Assembly (NCBI GenBank): GCA_963795855.1
Contig: CAWCIZ010000005.1
Location: forward strand, 29,434 to 93,433
Source: Vulcanimicrobiota bacterium
Lineage (GTDB): Bacteria; Vulcanimicrobiota; Vulcanimicrobiia; Vulcanimicrobiales; Vulcanimicrobiaceae
Direction of reading: 5' to 3'
Length of the DNA: 64,000 bases
Shown here: positions 1-10,330 of the stretch, one piece after another
How the letters are laid out: each line of letters opens with the position of its first letter
Numbering within the stretch: position 1 is the first letter of the stretch
The notes under the pieces: model-generated
What the model was told of the DNA's origin: nothing
Database searches by the model: none
The model's input: only the letters and a program-made list of their open reading frames with translations
Position numbers and translations under genes: made by a program

Positions 1-1
1 T

Positions 2-523
2 CTCGCGACGGAGCTTCTAGCGGCGCGCGAGACCTTCGCCGGCTACGCGGAAGATCTGCCGCAGCCCGGTTCGAGCGTCTGCTGGGCCGGACAATACGCT
101 CGCAAACACGTGCCGTGGGCCGACTTCGACAACGTCACGGCGCAGGAGAATCTTCCGCTCGCCGCGCTGCCGTCGCGCTACGATCGCCTGCCGACCGTGT
201 CGTTCATCATACCGAACGTGCTCGACGACATGCACAGCGCGAGCATCGCACGCGGCGACGCTTGGCTGAAGGCTCGCGTCGGTCCGCTCGCGGCATGGGC
301 CATGAGTCACAATACCCTGCTGGTCGTGACGTGGGACGAGAGCGACGATGCGATCGACAATCACATTCCGACCCTCTTCGTCGGTCCGATGGTGCGCGCG
401 GGGCGTTACGACGAACCGGTTACGCATTACCGAGTACTGCGTACCATTGAAGATTTTTATCGGCTTCCCCATGCAGGCCGTTCGGCGGACGTGCCGCCGA
501 TTTCCGGCATCTGGCTGCGGTGA
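2..523 (+). CDS. Acid phosphatase / phosphoesterase family protein (5' truncated by window)
   Basis: Frame open from nt 2; motifs YARKHVPW, FIIPN..DDMH, VVTWDE, H-Y..LRTIE typical of the phosphoesterase family. Confidence 0.8.
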   Translation, partial: LATELLAARETFAGYAEDLPQPGSSVCWAGQYARKHVPWADFDNVTAQENLPLAALPSRYDRLPTVSFIIPNVLDDMHSASIARGDAWLKARVGPLAAWAMSHNTLLVVTWDESDDAIDNHIPTLFVGPMVRAGRYDEPVTHYRVLRTIEDFYRLPHAGRSADVPPISGIWLR

Positions 524-601
524 CACGAAAGTGCCATGGAGCGTGCTGGTTTTTGCTTGCAAGTTATGTCAAAATAAGCGAAAGCTAAAAACCCGGAGGG
601 C

Positions 602-3448
602 ATGAACTTGTTCCGAAGGTTCCCAATAGCCCGCATTCTCGCGGTGGCGCTCGCTGTGCTATTCATAGTGCAGTTCGCCGCCCCGGCGGGCGCACAAACG
701 GCTTCCAGCACGGCAGGCAGCATAACCGGTACGGTACGCGATGAGACAAACGCGCCCGTTACCGATGCCGCGGTCCTCCTGCAAGGGCCGAACCGCTATG
801 AAACCACTTCAGACGCAAACGGCGCATTCGCATTCAAAACCGTATCGCCGGGCGTCTACTCCATATCCGTCTCGAAAGCCGGATACACGAAGGCATCGCA
901 AAACGACGTCGCGGTGCTCGCGGGCCAAACTCAGGCGCTGACCGTACAGATGGAGCACCTGACGTTTTCCTCGCTGCGCACGATCGCCAGCGTTCGAGTG
1001 CAGGGAAGCACCGCCATCAACACCTCACCGGCTTCGATAAACACCGTTTCGCCGCAAGAGTTCGTCAACGAAGGGCAAGTCCAAGTCACTCGCGTTCTCA
1101 GCGAAGTGCCTGGGCTGCAAATCTCGTTCCCGTCGAACTCGTCGAACGGCGCCTCGCCCGGTTCGATCACCATACCGAACATCCGCGACGCAACCTCGTA
1201 TGAAACCGCGTCGCTGATCGACGGCCATCCCATCTCCGTCGGTCAATACGGCGACAACGTCACGACGTTTTTGAACAGTTTCATGTTCGGAGACATTCAA
1301 GTCATAAAAGGGCCGGGCGCCGAGTCTCCCGTCGTGAACAACGCAATCGGCGGAACGGTAAACTTCCGCACGAAAGAGCCGACGCTCAAGCCGGCGGCGC
1401 AGCTGCTGTTCGGCTTCGACAACCACGGCGGATCGCTGAGCAACTTCAGCTATTCCAACACGGTCGGTAAACTCGGCTTCGTCGTCGATCTGGCCAGCGA
1501 CAACACGCCATCAGCACTGAACGGGAGAACGGTGTACTTCGATCCGTCCGGCGGCCTCTACGGCAACGGCAGCCTCGACGGCGGCACCGGTTACGGCAGC
1601 ATCGGCAACACTGCCAGCTCCGCGCCGTCGACGTTCGGCTTGGTCGCGTGCTGCTACACGCTGCTCGGCAACTTCGATCAGACGGCGCAGCTCTGCAAGC
1701 TTCGCTATAAATTCTCCTCAGCAACGTCTCTGACGGTCAGCTACCTGGATTCGCAAACGACTGCAGACCAGAACGGCAATACGTCGGACTTCTACCTCGG
1801 GCAATTCGCACCGGGAGCCGGCTACACGGGCTCCCTGCAGCCGGGTCCCATTCAGGTAGCGAACGTTTATCCGGGCGCGTACAACGGCGAACACAACATC
1901 GAGCCGATCTTCCAAGCCGAAGGGCTGACGAGCATCGGCAACGACACGTTGCTCGCCCGCTACTATAACGCCTCGATTCTGCGATACCAGTTCCAAGGGC
2001 TCGCTAATGCGCCGGATTACAACGTCACGACGCTTTACGGAACCTCGACCGATGCAAACGGCGGCCTCGCCGCCACGTTCAACGGTGCTACCGCGAATGT
2101 CGGTTTCAACGACTTGTACACGGAGCCCGAACTCGACAAGCTGCAGGGCGGTTCGATCGAGTATCAGCATCCGTTCGGCAATTCCGTTCTGACGTTTTCC
2201 GCCGACCGGACACTGTCCAAGAGCACCGACTACTCGGTGTTCCCGGGCCCCTACTACTCATTCGGACTGCCGCCCGGAACGCAGCAGACGCTTTCAACTT
2301 ATCTGCTGCGCGACCAATGGAACGTCAACAGCCGCCTCAACGTCACGCTCAGCAACTATCTCAACACGTACCGCTTGACGTATCCGATTGGCTGCATGGA
2401 CGCCGCAACTACCGGCTGCAACACCCAAGCCGAGGCGCAATACGGTCAGGGCGTCTTCTTCCAAACCTCGAACATTACGCATGACGATCCGCGTCTCGCG
2501 TTCGTCTACCGGCCGAGCCCGTCGTCTTCGGTCCGCTTCGCGGCCGGCAGCGCGATTGCGCCGCCGTTCCTCGGACTGTTGGTGCAAGTCGCATCGGTGC
2601 CCAAGTACGACAAGACGAGCGGCGCCGCGCTTGAATCGCAAAGCAACGGGAACCTCAAGCCCGAGACGGCATTCGGCTACGATCTCGGAGGCGATTACCG
2701 CCTTCGCGACAACGTTACCACGGTTTCCGGCGACGTATATTTGACGAATCTGTTCAACCGGTTCTTCGGTCAAACGATCAACACCGGGCGAACCTGCGAC
2801 ACCGTCACGTGCGATCCGAACGGCGCGCCGTTCATTCCGCCGGGAACGCCGGTTCTGAACCAGACGAACACCAACATCAGCAACGCGCGCTTCGAAGGCG
2901 TTGAACTGACGATCAAACGCGCTCCGCCAGTGGGGTTCGGGTACGTTCTCCAAGGCGCGCTCGAGAAAGGCTATTACTACAATCTCCCGCCGTACTTCTA
3001 TTGTTCCGTACCGGGGCCGGGATGTACGCCGGACCAGAACTTGAACGTGATTTCCGGACAGAATACGAACGGTATCCCGGTCGGGTTCTACAACATCTCC
3101 TACAACGGCAACATGCGCATTCCGTACTCGCAAGGAAACGCCCAGCTCTCGTACACGTTCAACAACGGCGCGTACGCGATGATCGGCGAGACGTACTTCG
3201 GGCACAATAACTCGCTCAACGAGCCGGCGTTCGGAATCGGATATGCGAGCCTGCGTTATCCCGTGACGGATAAAATGGCACTGCAAGTTTCCGGAAACAA
3301 CATCTTCAACGCCTACCCCGGAATCTTGCCGATTTACGGCGGCGGCGTTCCGATCGACCTCGCCGGAGGCGCCGGCGTCGGTGCGACCACCGGCAACGTG
3401 CTCGGGCCTGCAACCTACAGTCTGACGCTCATAACGAACCTGCCGTAG
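602..3448 (+). CDS. TonB-dependent receptor with N-terminal carboxypeptidase-regulatory-like domain
   Basis: Signal peptide, GSITGTVRD domain, plug-like VIKGPG...GGTVNF, NLKPE and GNNIFN barrel motifs; SD GGAGG upstream. Confidence 0.85.
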   Translation: MNLFRRFPIARILAVALAVLFIVQFAAPAGAQTASSTAGSITGTVRDETNAPVTDAAVLLQGPNRYETTSDANGAFAFKTVSPGVYSISVSKAGYTKASQNDVAVLAGQTQALTVQMEHLTFSSLRTIASVRVQGSTAINTSPASINTVSPQEFVNEGQVQVTRVLSEVPGLQISFPSNSSNGASPGSITIPNIRDATSYETASLIDGHPISVGQYGDNVTTFLNSFMFGDIQVIKGPGAESPVVNNAIGGTVNFRTKEPTLKPAAQLLFGFDNHGGSLSNFSYSNTVGKLGFVVDLASDNTPSALNGRTVYFDPSGGLYGNGSLDGGTGYGSIGNTASSAPSTFGLVACCYTLLGNFDQTAQLCKLRYKFSSATSLTVSYLDSQTTADQNGNTSDFYLGQFAPGAGYTGSLQPGPIQVANVYPGAYNGEHNIEPIFQAEGLTSIGNDTLLARYYNASILRYQFQGLANAPDYNVTTLYGTSTDANGGLAATFNGATANVGFNDLYTEPELDKLQGGSIEYQHPFGNSVLTFSADRTLSKSTDYSVFPGPYYSFGLPPGTQQTLSTYLLRDQWNVNSRLNVTLSNYLNTYRLTYPIGCMDAATTGCNTQAEAQYGQGVFFQTSNITHDDPRLAFVYRPSPSSSVRFAAGSAIAPPFLGLLVQVASVPKYDKTSGAALESQSNGNLKPETAFGYDLGGDYRLRDNVTTVSGDVYLTNLFNRFFGQTINTGRTCDTVTCDPNGAPFIPPGTPVLNQTNTNISNARFEGVELTIKRAPPVGFGYVLQGALEKGYYYNLPPYFYCSVPGPGCTPDQNLNVISGQNTNGIPVGFYNISYNGNMRIPYSQGNAQLSYTFNNGAYAMIGETYFGHNNSLNEPAFGIGYASLRYPVTDKMALQVSGNNIFNAYPGILPIYGGGVPIDLAGGAGVGATTGNVLGPATYSLTLITNLP

Positions 3449-3464
3449 AAAGGCAGCGGTAAAC

Positions 3465-3504
3465 GAGAAGGGACGCGAGAAAACTCGCGTCCCTTCTCAC
3501 TTTT
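3465..3504. terminator. Intrinsic terminator between convergent genes
   Basis: Perfect 15-bp stem GAGAAGGGACGCGAG-AAAA-CTCGCGTCCCTTCTC followed by ACTTTT. Confidence 0.8.
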
Positions 3505-3516
3505 GCCGGGAAGCGT

Positions 3517-4425
3517 TTACGGCTTGTACGTGAAGCCTTGCACGAAATCACCCGACGGCGATCCCCATACCGCCCAGAAACGTCCGGTGCGCGCGTCGAT
3601 GCCGACCGTGTGAACGCCGCGGCTGATCTTCTGCATGCCGATTTGCTTCGGGGCGCCGCTCTTCGGAATCGAGTACAGCCACACGCCGCCGCCGCCCGCG
3701 CATGCGAGTCGCCGGCGCTGTTGATCGAGCGTGCACTGGTCGATGCGCGGGAATGAAGCCGTCCCCATGCGCTTGCCGCCGAGAGTGTACGTGCTGACCT
3801 TGTATCCACCGCCGACGATCAGCGTGTCGTTCGCGTAGTCGAGCTGAAGCGGGTGGTTGTTCTTGATCTCCGGCGTGGCGATCGTGCGAACGACCTTCAT
3901 GCTCTTCGGATCGATGACTGCGATTTCGCTATTCGTTGCGATGTTTTGGTAGACGACGTGGGTTTTCGGATCGATCACGATGTACTCGGGTTTGTGCCCG
4001 GGAAGCGCGATCGTAGCAATTTGTTTGAATGTGCGCGAATCGATGACGAAGATGCGAGTGCCGTCGTCCTCGTCGCCGTAAATGCGATGCAGCTGCGGGT
4101 CGTAGGCGATCGCGTCGACCGGCCCAGCCACGCTTACGCGGTGTACTTCTTTGAGTGAAACGGGGTCGACCTCCGAGAGCGCCTTATCGTCTCCATCGCC
4201 CGTATAGACGTGGCCGGTCGCGGCGTTCACCGCGACGCCCGCCATGGGACCGACGTGCACTTGCCCGAGCACCTTCCCGGTGTCGGCATTCACGATCAGC
4301 AGCGATTGATTGCCGCCGTGCGCCGCGTAGACTCGGCGTCGCTGCGCATCAACGGTGACGTAATCGAAACCGTGCCGTCCGGTTGTTGAGACAGGCTGCG
4401 GCGGGACAAAGGGGAGAATCGGCAT
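3517..4425 (-). CDS. YncE/YVTN-type beta-propeller protein
   Basis: GFDY..VD..RRRVY motif and repeated blades; ATG at 4425 preceded by AAGGAG. Confidence 0.75.
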   Translation of the reverse strand: MPILPFVPPQPVSTTGRHGFDYVTVDAQRRRVYAAHGGNQSLLIVNADTGKVLGQVHVGPMAGVAVNAATGHVYTGDGDDKALSEVDPVSLKEVHRVSVAGPVDAIAYDPQLHRIYGDEDDGTRIFVIDSRTFKQIATIALPGHKPEYIVIDPKTHVVYQNIATNSEIAVIDPKSMKVVRTIATPEIKNNHPLQLDYANDTLIVGGGYKVSTYTLGGKRMGTASFPRIDQCTLDQQRRRLACAGGGGVWLYSIPKSGAPKQIGMQKISRGVHTVGIDARTGRFWAVWGSPSGDFVQGFTYKP

Positions 4426-4495
4426 GAAGAAGCTCCTTGTCGTGTAGCAATTCCTGTTGCGAGGCCAATTCAATCACGGAAACCTGAACGCCGCG

Positions 4496-5678
4496 TTAAC
4501 GCCGGCTTGCGAGATCCGAACTGAAGCGCAACGTTTGCGGCTTAGGCGGAATTTCGGTATACGCCATCGGCCGGTCCCACCAGTCGTGGCTGCGCCAGCG
4601 CAGTTGTTCCGGCGTGGGAGATGACGGAAGCTTCGTTTCCACGGCTTCAGCGTACGCGCCCAGATAGCGGTCGATCATGCGTTCCGCGGTGAATTCCGCC
4701 TCCACGCGCTCCCGGCATTTTCGGCGGTCGATACCGGCCAGCGCCGGCACTTTCGAGACTGCGTCGTCCACACTGTCGCAAAGAAAGCCGGTCTCTCCGT
4801 CGACGACGATCTCCGGAATCGACCCCATGTTCGCGCCGAGGACCGGCGTGCCGCAGGCCATCGCTTCAACCATCGTCAGTCCAAAGCGTTCCGGCCGCGT
4901 CGTCATGTGCACGAGCGCCAGCGCGTTGGCCAGAAGTTCGTTGCGCTGCCGGCGGCGTGCTTCGCCCAGAAAAAGGATCTGCTCGCCGTCGATGTGCGGC
5001 TGCACCTGCGTGCGAAAATACTCGTCGTCCTGCGGAATTGCCGCAATTTTCAGGCTGTTTGCCGCTGCGCTTGGCGATCTCGATTGCCAGATGCGTTCCC
5101 TTTTCGGGATGAAAGCGGCCGAGAAAGACCAGATACTCTCCGGGCTTGTCGTTGAACGTGAATTCGTTCGGATCGATGCCGTTGTAGGTGGTAGCCAGAT
5201 ATGACAATCCGGGATCGCGGTCCGAGTTGCTGATCGAGACGTAAAAGCTGCGCCACGCACAGGCGTAATACGCCGCCAGAATCTGCGGCGTCGAAAACCC
5301 GTGCACGGTCGTCAGCATCGGCGGCGTCTTCGTACCGAGCGCATAGGTCATCGGTTTCCAATCGAAATTGTTGTGAATCAGATCGAAACGGCCCGCGTTT
5401 TCCATGAGGCGGCCGATGTGCAGCGCCGAGTAGACGTCGGCGTTGAGCGCGGGATCCTCGGCGCATCCCACGGGAACGACCGATTCCACGCGACCGTCGA
5501 ATTGCGAATTTCCCGTCGCGAAGAGTGTGACGTCGAGCCCGCGCCGGCGCATGCCTTCGGAAATGTTGAACGCGATTTGCTCCCACGGGCCGTATCCCGG
5601 CGGCGGCGTGGGCCACGTGATAGGCGCGAGTACGGCCACGCGCAAGCCGTTCAAAGCAGAGGATCGCGAAGCGTTCAC
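4496..5678 (-). CDS. Glycosyltransferase family 4 (frameshift ~5055)
   Basis: PP.GYGPWE N-terminus, GRFHPEKG, ERFGLTMVEAMACGTPV; split across two ORFs. Confidence 0.85.
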
Positions 5679-5687
5679 GAGGCGGAC

Positions 5688-6647
5688 TTACCCAACATTC
5701 GTGCTTTCGCCGGCGTATCGCGCGAGCAACTCACGCGCGTGCCGACCCAGTGCCTGCAGCAATTCCGGCGGTTCGAGCGCGCGCACCGCCGCGCCCCATC
5801 CGGCGATTTGATAAACTGCGACGCCGAACGAGGGAAAGCGCATGCGAATCGTTTTGCCGTGCTCGTCTTCCGAGAGCACGGCGCTGTCGTGAGACGACAT
5901 TACCCATTCCAGTGAATCGTTCGGTACGTACAGCGTCGCTTCGTGCCACTCCGTCGGCCGCTGCAGCGCGGCGTTCGAATCGCGCCAGTGCGCTTCCAAG
6001 TCGAAGTGCTCGTCGCGCGTGAAGCGCGCCGCCGACTCATCGGCGTGCGCGATCCGTTCCGCGCGGAACGTGCGATACTCGCCGTCCGTTTGCCGCGCAA
6101 TCAAATACCAAACGCCGGCTTTTGAAACCAATCCGTACGGATCGATCGTGCGCTGCGTGATCGATCCCGTGCGATCCCGGTAGTGAATCGAGAGCTGACG
6201 GTCTTCCCAAACCGCCCGTCGCAGCACGGATAGCAGTGCGGCGGGTTGCTCCAGCCGGTACCAGCGGTTGTGATCCAAGAGGATACGTTGCCGAGCCTGC
6301 TGCGCGGCGCGCCGCTGCAGATCGGGCAGTGCGCCCGCGAGTTTGTCCAGCGCGCGCCGGTGCCCGGTAACGCCCAGTTCCGCCAGCGGATCGGCGGCGG
6401 CGAGAAAGAGCGCGTGCAGTTCCTCGGTGCTGAACTGCGTTATGGCCTTGCGGTAGCCTTCGGCGAGCGCGATGCCGCCCGCGCTGCCGCGCTCCGCGTA
6501 AACGGGCACGCCGGAGAGCGAGAGCGCTTCCACATCGCGGTAGATCGTTCGAGCCGAGACTTCGAGCGCCAAGGAAAGGTCGCGCGCGCTGCGCGGACTG
6601 CGGGACTGCAGCAAGAGGAGAAGCGAAACCAGGCGGTCCGACTTCAT
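5688..6647 (-). CDS. HTH-WYL (YafY/PafB-like) transcriptional regulator
   Basis: N-terminal HTH VSARTIYRDVEAL, PYGLV..GVWYL, RTFRAERI. Confidence 0.92.
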   Translation of the reverse strand: MKSDRLVSLLLLLQSRSPRSARDLSLALEVSARTIYRDVEALSLSGVPVYAERGSAGGIALAEGYRKAITQFSTEELHALFLAAADPLAELGVTGHRRALDKLAGALPDLQRRAAQQARQRILLDHNRWYRLEQPAALLSVLRRAVWEDRQLSIHYRDRTGSITQRTIDPYGLVSKAGVWYLIARQTDGEYRTFRAERIAHADESAARFTRDEHFDLEAHWRDSNAALQRPTEWHEATLYVPNDSLEWVMSSHDSAVLSEDEHGKTIRMRFPSFGVAVYQIAGWGAAVRALEPPELLQALGRHARELLARYAGESTNVG

Positions 6648-6650
6648 ATC

Positions 6651-6665
6651 TGACAGTGTGTGTCA
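6651..6665. promoter_or_regulatory. Palindromic operator TGACA-N5-TGTCA, probable WYL regulator site
   Basis: TGACAGTGTGTGTCA in the 43-bp divergent intergenic region. Confidence 0.65.
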
Positions 6666-6690
6666 TATATGATCGCTTATCCTGTGAGGC

Positions 6691-7086
6691 ATGACGAGAA
6701 CAACAAAGGTTCAGGCTCCTCGCGGCATCGACGCCGTGTACTACATGGTCGAGGACGTGGCGCGGGCTCGCACGTTTTACGAAGGCGCATTGGGGTTCCA
6801 GCCGTCCTTCGTCAGCGACGCCGGCGAGTGGACGGGAGTGGAATACGAACTGCCGACGGGCCAGACGTTCGGGCTCGGCAAGAACGCGCAGGCGCCGTGG
6901 CGGCCGTCCGGCGGCGTGATGATCGCCGTGGAGGACGTTGCGGACGCTACGCGCCGCGTCGCCGACGGCGGCGGAAAAGTGCTTGCCGGACCGATGGACG
7001 GTCCGGTGTGCTCGATGACCTGGTGCGAGGACACCGAGGGCAATACGTTCAGTTTGCATCACCGTAAAGATGGGAGCGTTGGATAA
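6691..7086 (+). CDS. VOC/glyoxalase family protein
   Basis: RARTFYE..LG, AVEDV, DTEGNTFSLH motifs. Confidence 0.88.
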   Translation: MTRTTKVQAPRGIDAVYYMVEDVARARTFYEGALGFQPSFVSDAGEWTGVEYELPTGQTFGLGKNAQAPWRPSGGVMIAVEDVADATRRVADGGGKVLAGPMDGPVCSMTWCEDTEGNTFSLHHRKDGSVG

Positions 7087-7469
7087 TGACCACTACAACC
7101 GGCGCGGCGTTGGTCACCGGAATGGACGCCGTCTATTACATGACTCAGGACTATGGGCGCGCGCGAAAATTCTACGAAAGCGCGCTGGATCTCAAAGCGA
7201 CGTGGGAGATATCGGGCGAAGGCGGGGGATCGTTCGTCGAGTACGAGTTGCCCGATGGAACGACGTTCGGGCTCGGCCATATGCCCGATTCGCCATGGCA
7301 CGAATCCGGCGGGATCATGTTCGCCGTTCCGGACGTAAAAGCGGCGTTGGAGCGTGTGAAAGGCGCCGGCGCGCAGGTGCAATTCGACTACATGGAATTG
7401 CCGGTCTGCGACATGGCGTGGGCGCGCGACACCGAGGGCAATTCGTTCTGCTTGCACCGGCGCAGATAA
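7086..7469 (+). CDS. VOC/glyoxalase family protein (tandem paralog)
   Basis: Same motifs (DAVYYM, VEYELP.G.TFGLG, DTEGN); TAATG coupling. Confidence 0.88.
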   Translation: MTTTTGAALVTGMDAVYYMTQDYGRARKFYESALDLKATWEISGEGGGSFVEYELPDGTTFGLGHMPDSPWHESGGIMFAVPDVKAALERVKGAGAQVQFDYMELPVCDMAWARDTEGNSFCLHRRR

Positions 7470-7482
7470 GCGGCGGCGACCG

Positions 7483-8631
7483 CTAAACCCAGGCGCCGTC
7501 CTTTAGAACCGCAGCCGGACGTGCGAGCGCATTGAGATCGCGATCCACGTCCTGCTCGAGCAGCAACAGGTCCGCCGGCTCGCCCGCTTGCAGCACGCCG
7601 CGCTGCAGGCCGACGAACTCCGCGGCTGTTTGCGTCGCAGCGTGAAGCGCCTGCAGCGGCGACATGCCGAGCAGCCGGTGCATCAGCGCCACTTCGTATG
7701 CGTAGTTTTCGTGGTAATTGAACGGCGTGCCGGCGTCCGATCCGCCTGCGATCTTTACGCCGCCTTCGAAAGCGCGCCGAATGTTCTGCAGCATGTGCTC
7801 GTTGATTTCGCGCGCTTTGCGCACGACGAAGTCCGGCTGCCCGCCGGTTTCCGCGTGTTCCAATATGCACGTCGGCGCGGCGAGCGTGGGAACGAGATAC
7901 GCGTCGCGTTCTTTGAAGAGCGCGATGGCTTCATCGTCGAGCATGTGTCCGTGTTCGATAGAATCCACTCCGCTTCGCAGCGCGTTTTTGATGCCGTCGG
8001 TACCGATCGCGTGCGCCGCCACGCGCATTCCGTGACGATGCGCCTCCTCGCAAGCGGCGGTGATTTCTTCCACCGTCAACTGCGCGAGGCCCGGCACCGC
8101 GCCTTTGGTCAGCACGCCGCCGGTCGCGATGAGTTTGATGCAGTCCGCGCCGGCCATGCGCTGTTCGCGCACGCCTTTGCGCGCATCCCAAGGGCTGTCG
8201 ATCGCGCGCCCGAGCGGCCATCCGTGACCGCCGGTCATGCACAGCACTCTGCCGGCCGCGCGCACGCGCGGCCCCGGAACCCGTCCTCGATCGACGGCGT
8301 CGCGCACTTCAATGGCGATGCCGTCGGAGGCGCCCACGTCCCGCACCGTCGTCACGCCCGCGCGTAGCGTTTTACGCGCGTTCTCGACTGCATGCAGCGT
8401 GCGTTGAATCGAAGTGTATTCGCGTATCAGACCCATCGGATCGGGCTGGCCGCTCATCTCCAAGTGCACGTGCGAATTGACGAGTCCCGGCGCGATGCAG
8501 GCGGCCTCGCGGTCGAAGCGGCCTTCGGCGTCGCGCACTTCGCGAACCGTCCCGCCTTCGACGACGATGTCCACGTTGCGCCGCGGCGCGTTCAAAGTGC
8601 CGTCGTAAAAAACGCCCGCGCGCAGAATCAT
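7483..8631 (-). CDS. Metal-dependent amidohydrolase (prolidase-like)
   Basis: PGLVNSHVH, GVTTVRD, IKLIATGGV, AAHA, SIEHG, GSDAG. Confidence 0.88.
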   Translation of the reverse strand: MILRAGVFYDGTLNAPRRNVDIVVEGGTVREVRDAEGRFDREAACIAPGLVNSHVHLEMSGQPDPMGLIREYTSIQRTLHAVENARKTLRAGVTTVRDVGASDGIAIEVRDAVDRGRVPGPRVRAAGRVLCMTGGHGWPLGRAIDSPWDARKGVREQRMAGADCIKLIATGGVLTKGAVPGLAQLTVEEITAACEEAHRHGMRVAAHAIGTDGIKNALRSGVDSIEHGHMLDDEAIALFKERDAYLVPTLAAPTCILEHAETGGQPDFVVRKAREINEHMLQNIRRAFEGGVKIAGGSDAGTPFNYHENYAYEVALMHRLLGMSPLQALHAATQTAAEFVGLQRGVLQAGEPADLLLLEQDVDRDLNALARPAAVLKDGAWV

Positions 8632-9539
8632 GCGCGGACCTCCGCTCGTTCCATCGCTTGAAACGCTTTGCTCGTCAGGTCGTGGCCCAGCACGCCGGCG
8701 ATGAAGCGCGATGCAGCGCGGACTTTGACGAGGTCCACGCCCGTTTCGACGTTCATGCCGTGCAGCATGTACAGCAAATCTTCCGTTCCCAAATTTCCCG
8801 TCGCGCCCGGCGCGTAGGGGCAGCCGCCGAGTCCGCCGCTGCTCGAATCGAAAATCGCAATGCCGTGCTGCAGCGCCGCGTAGACGTTTGCGAGCGCCGT
8901 GCCGCGCGTATCGTGAAAGTGAAACGCAATCTTCTCGCGCGGAATCTCGCGCGTGAGTGCCGGAACCAGTGCGTCGACCTGGGATGGAACGCCGACGCCT
9001 ATCGTGTCGCCTATGGACAGCTCGTCGCAGCCCATGTCCAACAGTTTCCGGCTTACCTCTACCACCGCTGCGACGGACACTTCGTCGCCGAAGGGCGAGC
9101 CGAACGCGGTCGAGACGTATCCGCGAACCCACATCGCGTTTTCTTTCGCGTTACGCGCCACGTCACGAAACGTTTCGATCGACTCGTCGATGGTCATGTT
9201 GATGTTGCGTTTGGTGAAGGCTTCCGATGCGGCGGTGAAGACCGCGATGGCATCCGCGCCTGCGGCTTTTGCGCGCTCGAGCCCTTTGAGGTTCGGGGTA
9301 AGCACGGGGTATCGCACGCCGCGGCGTTTGCGTATCCGCGTGAAGACTTCGGATGCGTCGGCCAATTGCGGAATTGCTTTGGGGCTGACGAAGGACGTCG
9401 CCTCGATCAGCGGCAATCCGGATTCGGAAAGCAGATCGATGAACCGGATTTTGTCTTCGGTCGAAATAACGGCATGCTCGTTCTGCAGGCCGTCGCGGGC
9501 GCCCATCTCGCAAATGGTGACGAACTTCGGCAGACTCAT
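8628..9539 (-). CDS. liuE: Hydroxymethylglutaryl-CoA lyase
   Basis: RDGLQNE, HFHDTRG, GLGGCPYAPGATGN. Confidence 0.93.
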   Translation of the reverse strand: MSLPKFVTICEMGARDGLQNEHAVISTEDKIRFIDLLSESGLPLIEATSFVSPKAIPQLADASEVFTRIRKRRGVRYPVLTPNLKGLERAKAAGADAIAVFTAASEAFTKRNINMTIDESIETFRDVARNAKENAMWVRGYVSTAFGSPFGDEVSVAAVVEVSRKLLDMGCDELSIGDTIGVGVPSQVDALVPALTREIPREKIAFHFHDTRGTALANVYAALQHGIAIFDSSSGGLGGCPYAPGATGNLGTEDLLYMLHGMNVETGVDLVKVRAASRFIAGVLGHDLTSKAFQAMERAEVRA

Positions 9540-10330
9540 GCCGAGGCTCGTTCGCTGCGCGGGTGTGAGTCCGCTCCCAAGAACCGGGTCACCGCGCGCA
9601 GCGTGAGCGGCCAAACGCGGTCGTTCGCCAAAAAAGCCTTGCTGAGCATGATGAGCGGATCGAAGTGCCCGATGATGTTCATGTGGTTGCAATGCGGCCC
9701 GACGATGAAATGCGCGGGAATGCGGCTTCCGAGCGTCGCGGAATCGCCCCAAACCAAACCGTCGTTGTCGCCGCCGCGCGCGGGTATCAGGCCGGCGATC
9801 GAGAGCAGCTTTGCGCCCGCCGGGCCAATCCAAGGCTCGCGGTCGAGCACCCAATCGTGCCATCCGCGCCGCGTGAGTTCCCAATGGCCGGGCGTGTCGT
9901 TCAGCCACGCGATGAATTTCGAGTAGATGTCCATGTCGCCGAATGCCTTGTCCGGCGTGCGCAGCATGGCGTGGAATTGCGGAAGCGCGAACGTTTGCAC
10001 GCCCCAATTCGGCGTGGCGATCATGATCGTGTGGCTGATCTCGCTCGCGCGGTATTCGTAGCGGCGCAAAAACCCGCGCACCACGAGGCCGCCCAGCGAA
10101 TATCCGACGAGCGCGATCGGGAACTCGCGTTCCGACTTGCGCAAGTCGGTGATGAATTCGGCGAAGCGGTCGATGCGCTCCATCAGCGTGTCGTTGCATT
10201 CGCCGTAACTGATCGATTCGATGCCGTACGCGTCCAAACCGGGGACGTCGGGAGTTCCGCGGCGCAGCAGATCGAAGTGCTCGGGTGGTTCGTTGTATCC
10301 CGGCACCATGACGACGGTGCGCGGAATCAT
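9536..10330 (-). CDS. Alpha/beta hydrolase (lipase/esterase-like)
   Basis: GYSLGG nucleophile elbow, ATPNWG, NDGLV, terminal His; ATG at 10330. Confidence 0.75.
   Translation of the reverse strand: MIPRTVVMVPGYNEPPEHFDLLRRGTPDVPGLDAYGIESISYGECNDTLMERIDRFAEFITDLRKSEREFPIALVGYSLGGLVVRGFLRRYEYRASEISHTIMIATPNWGVQTFALPQFHAMLRTPDKAFGDMDIYSKFIAWLNDTPGHWELTRRGWHDWVLDREPWIGPAGAKLLSIAGLIPARGGDNDGLVWGDSATLGSRIPAHFIVGPHCNHMNIIGHFDPLIMLSKAFLANDRVWPLTLRAVTRFLGADSHPRSERASA

Noticed and set aside
546..562. Sigma-54 promoter upstream of the TonB receptor
   Set aside because: GG-to-GC spacing is 9 nt rather than the required 10.
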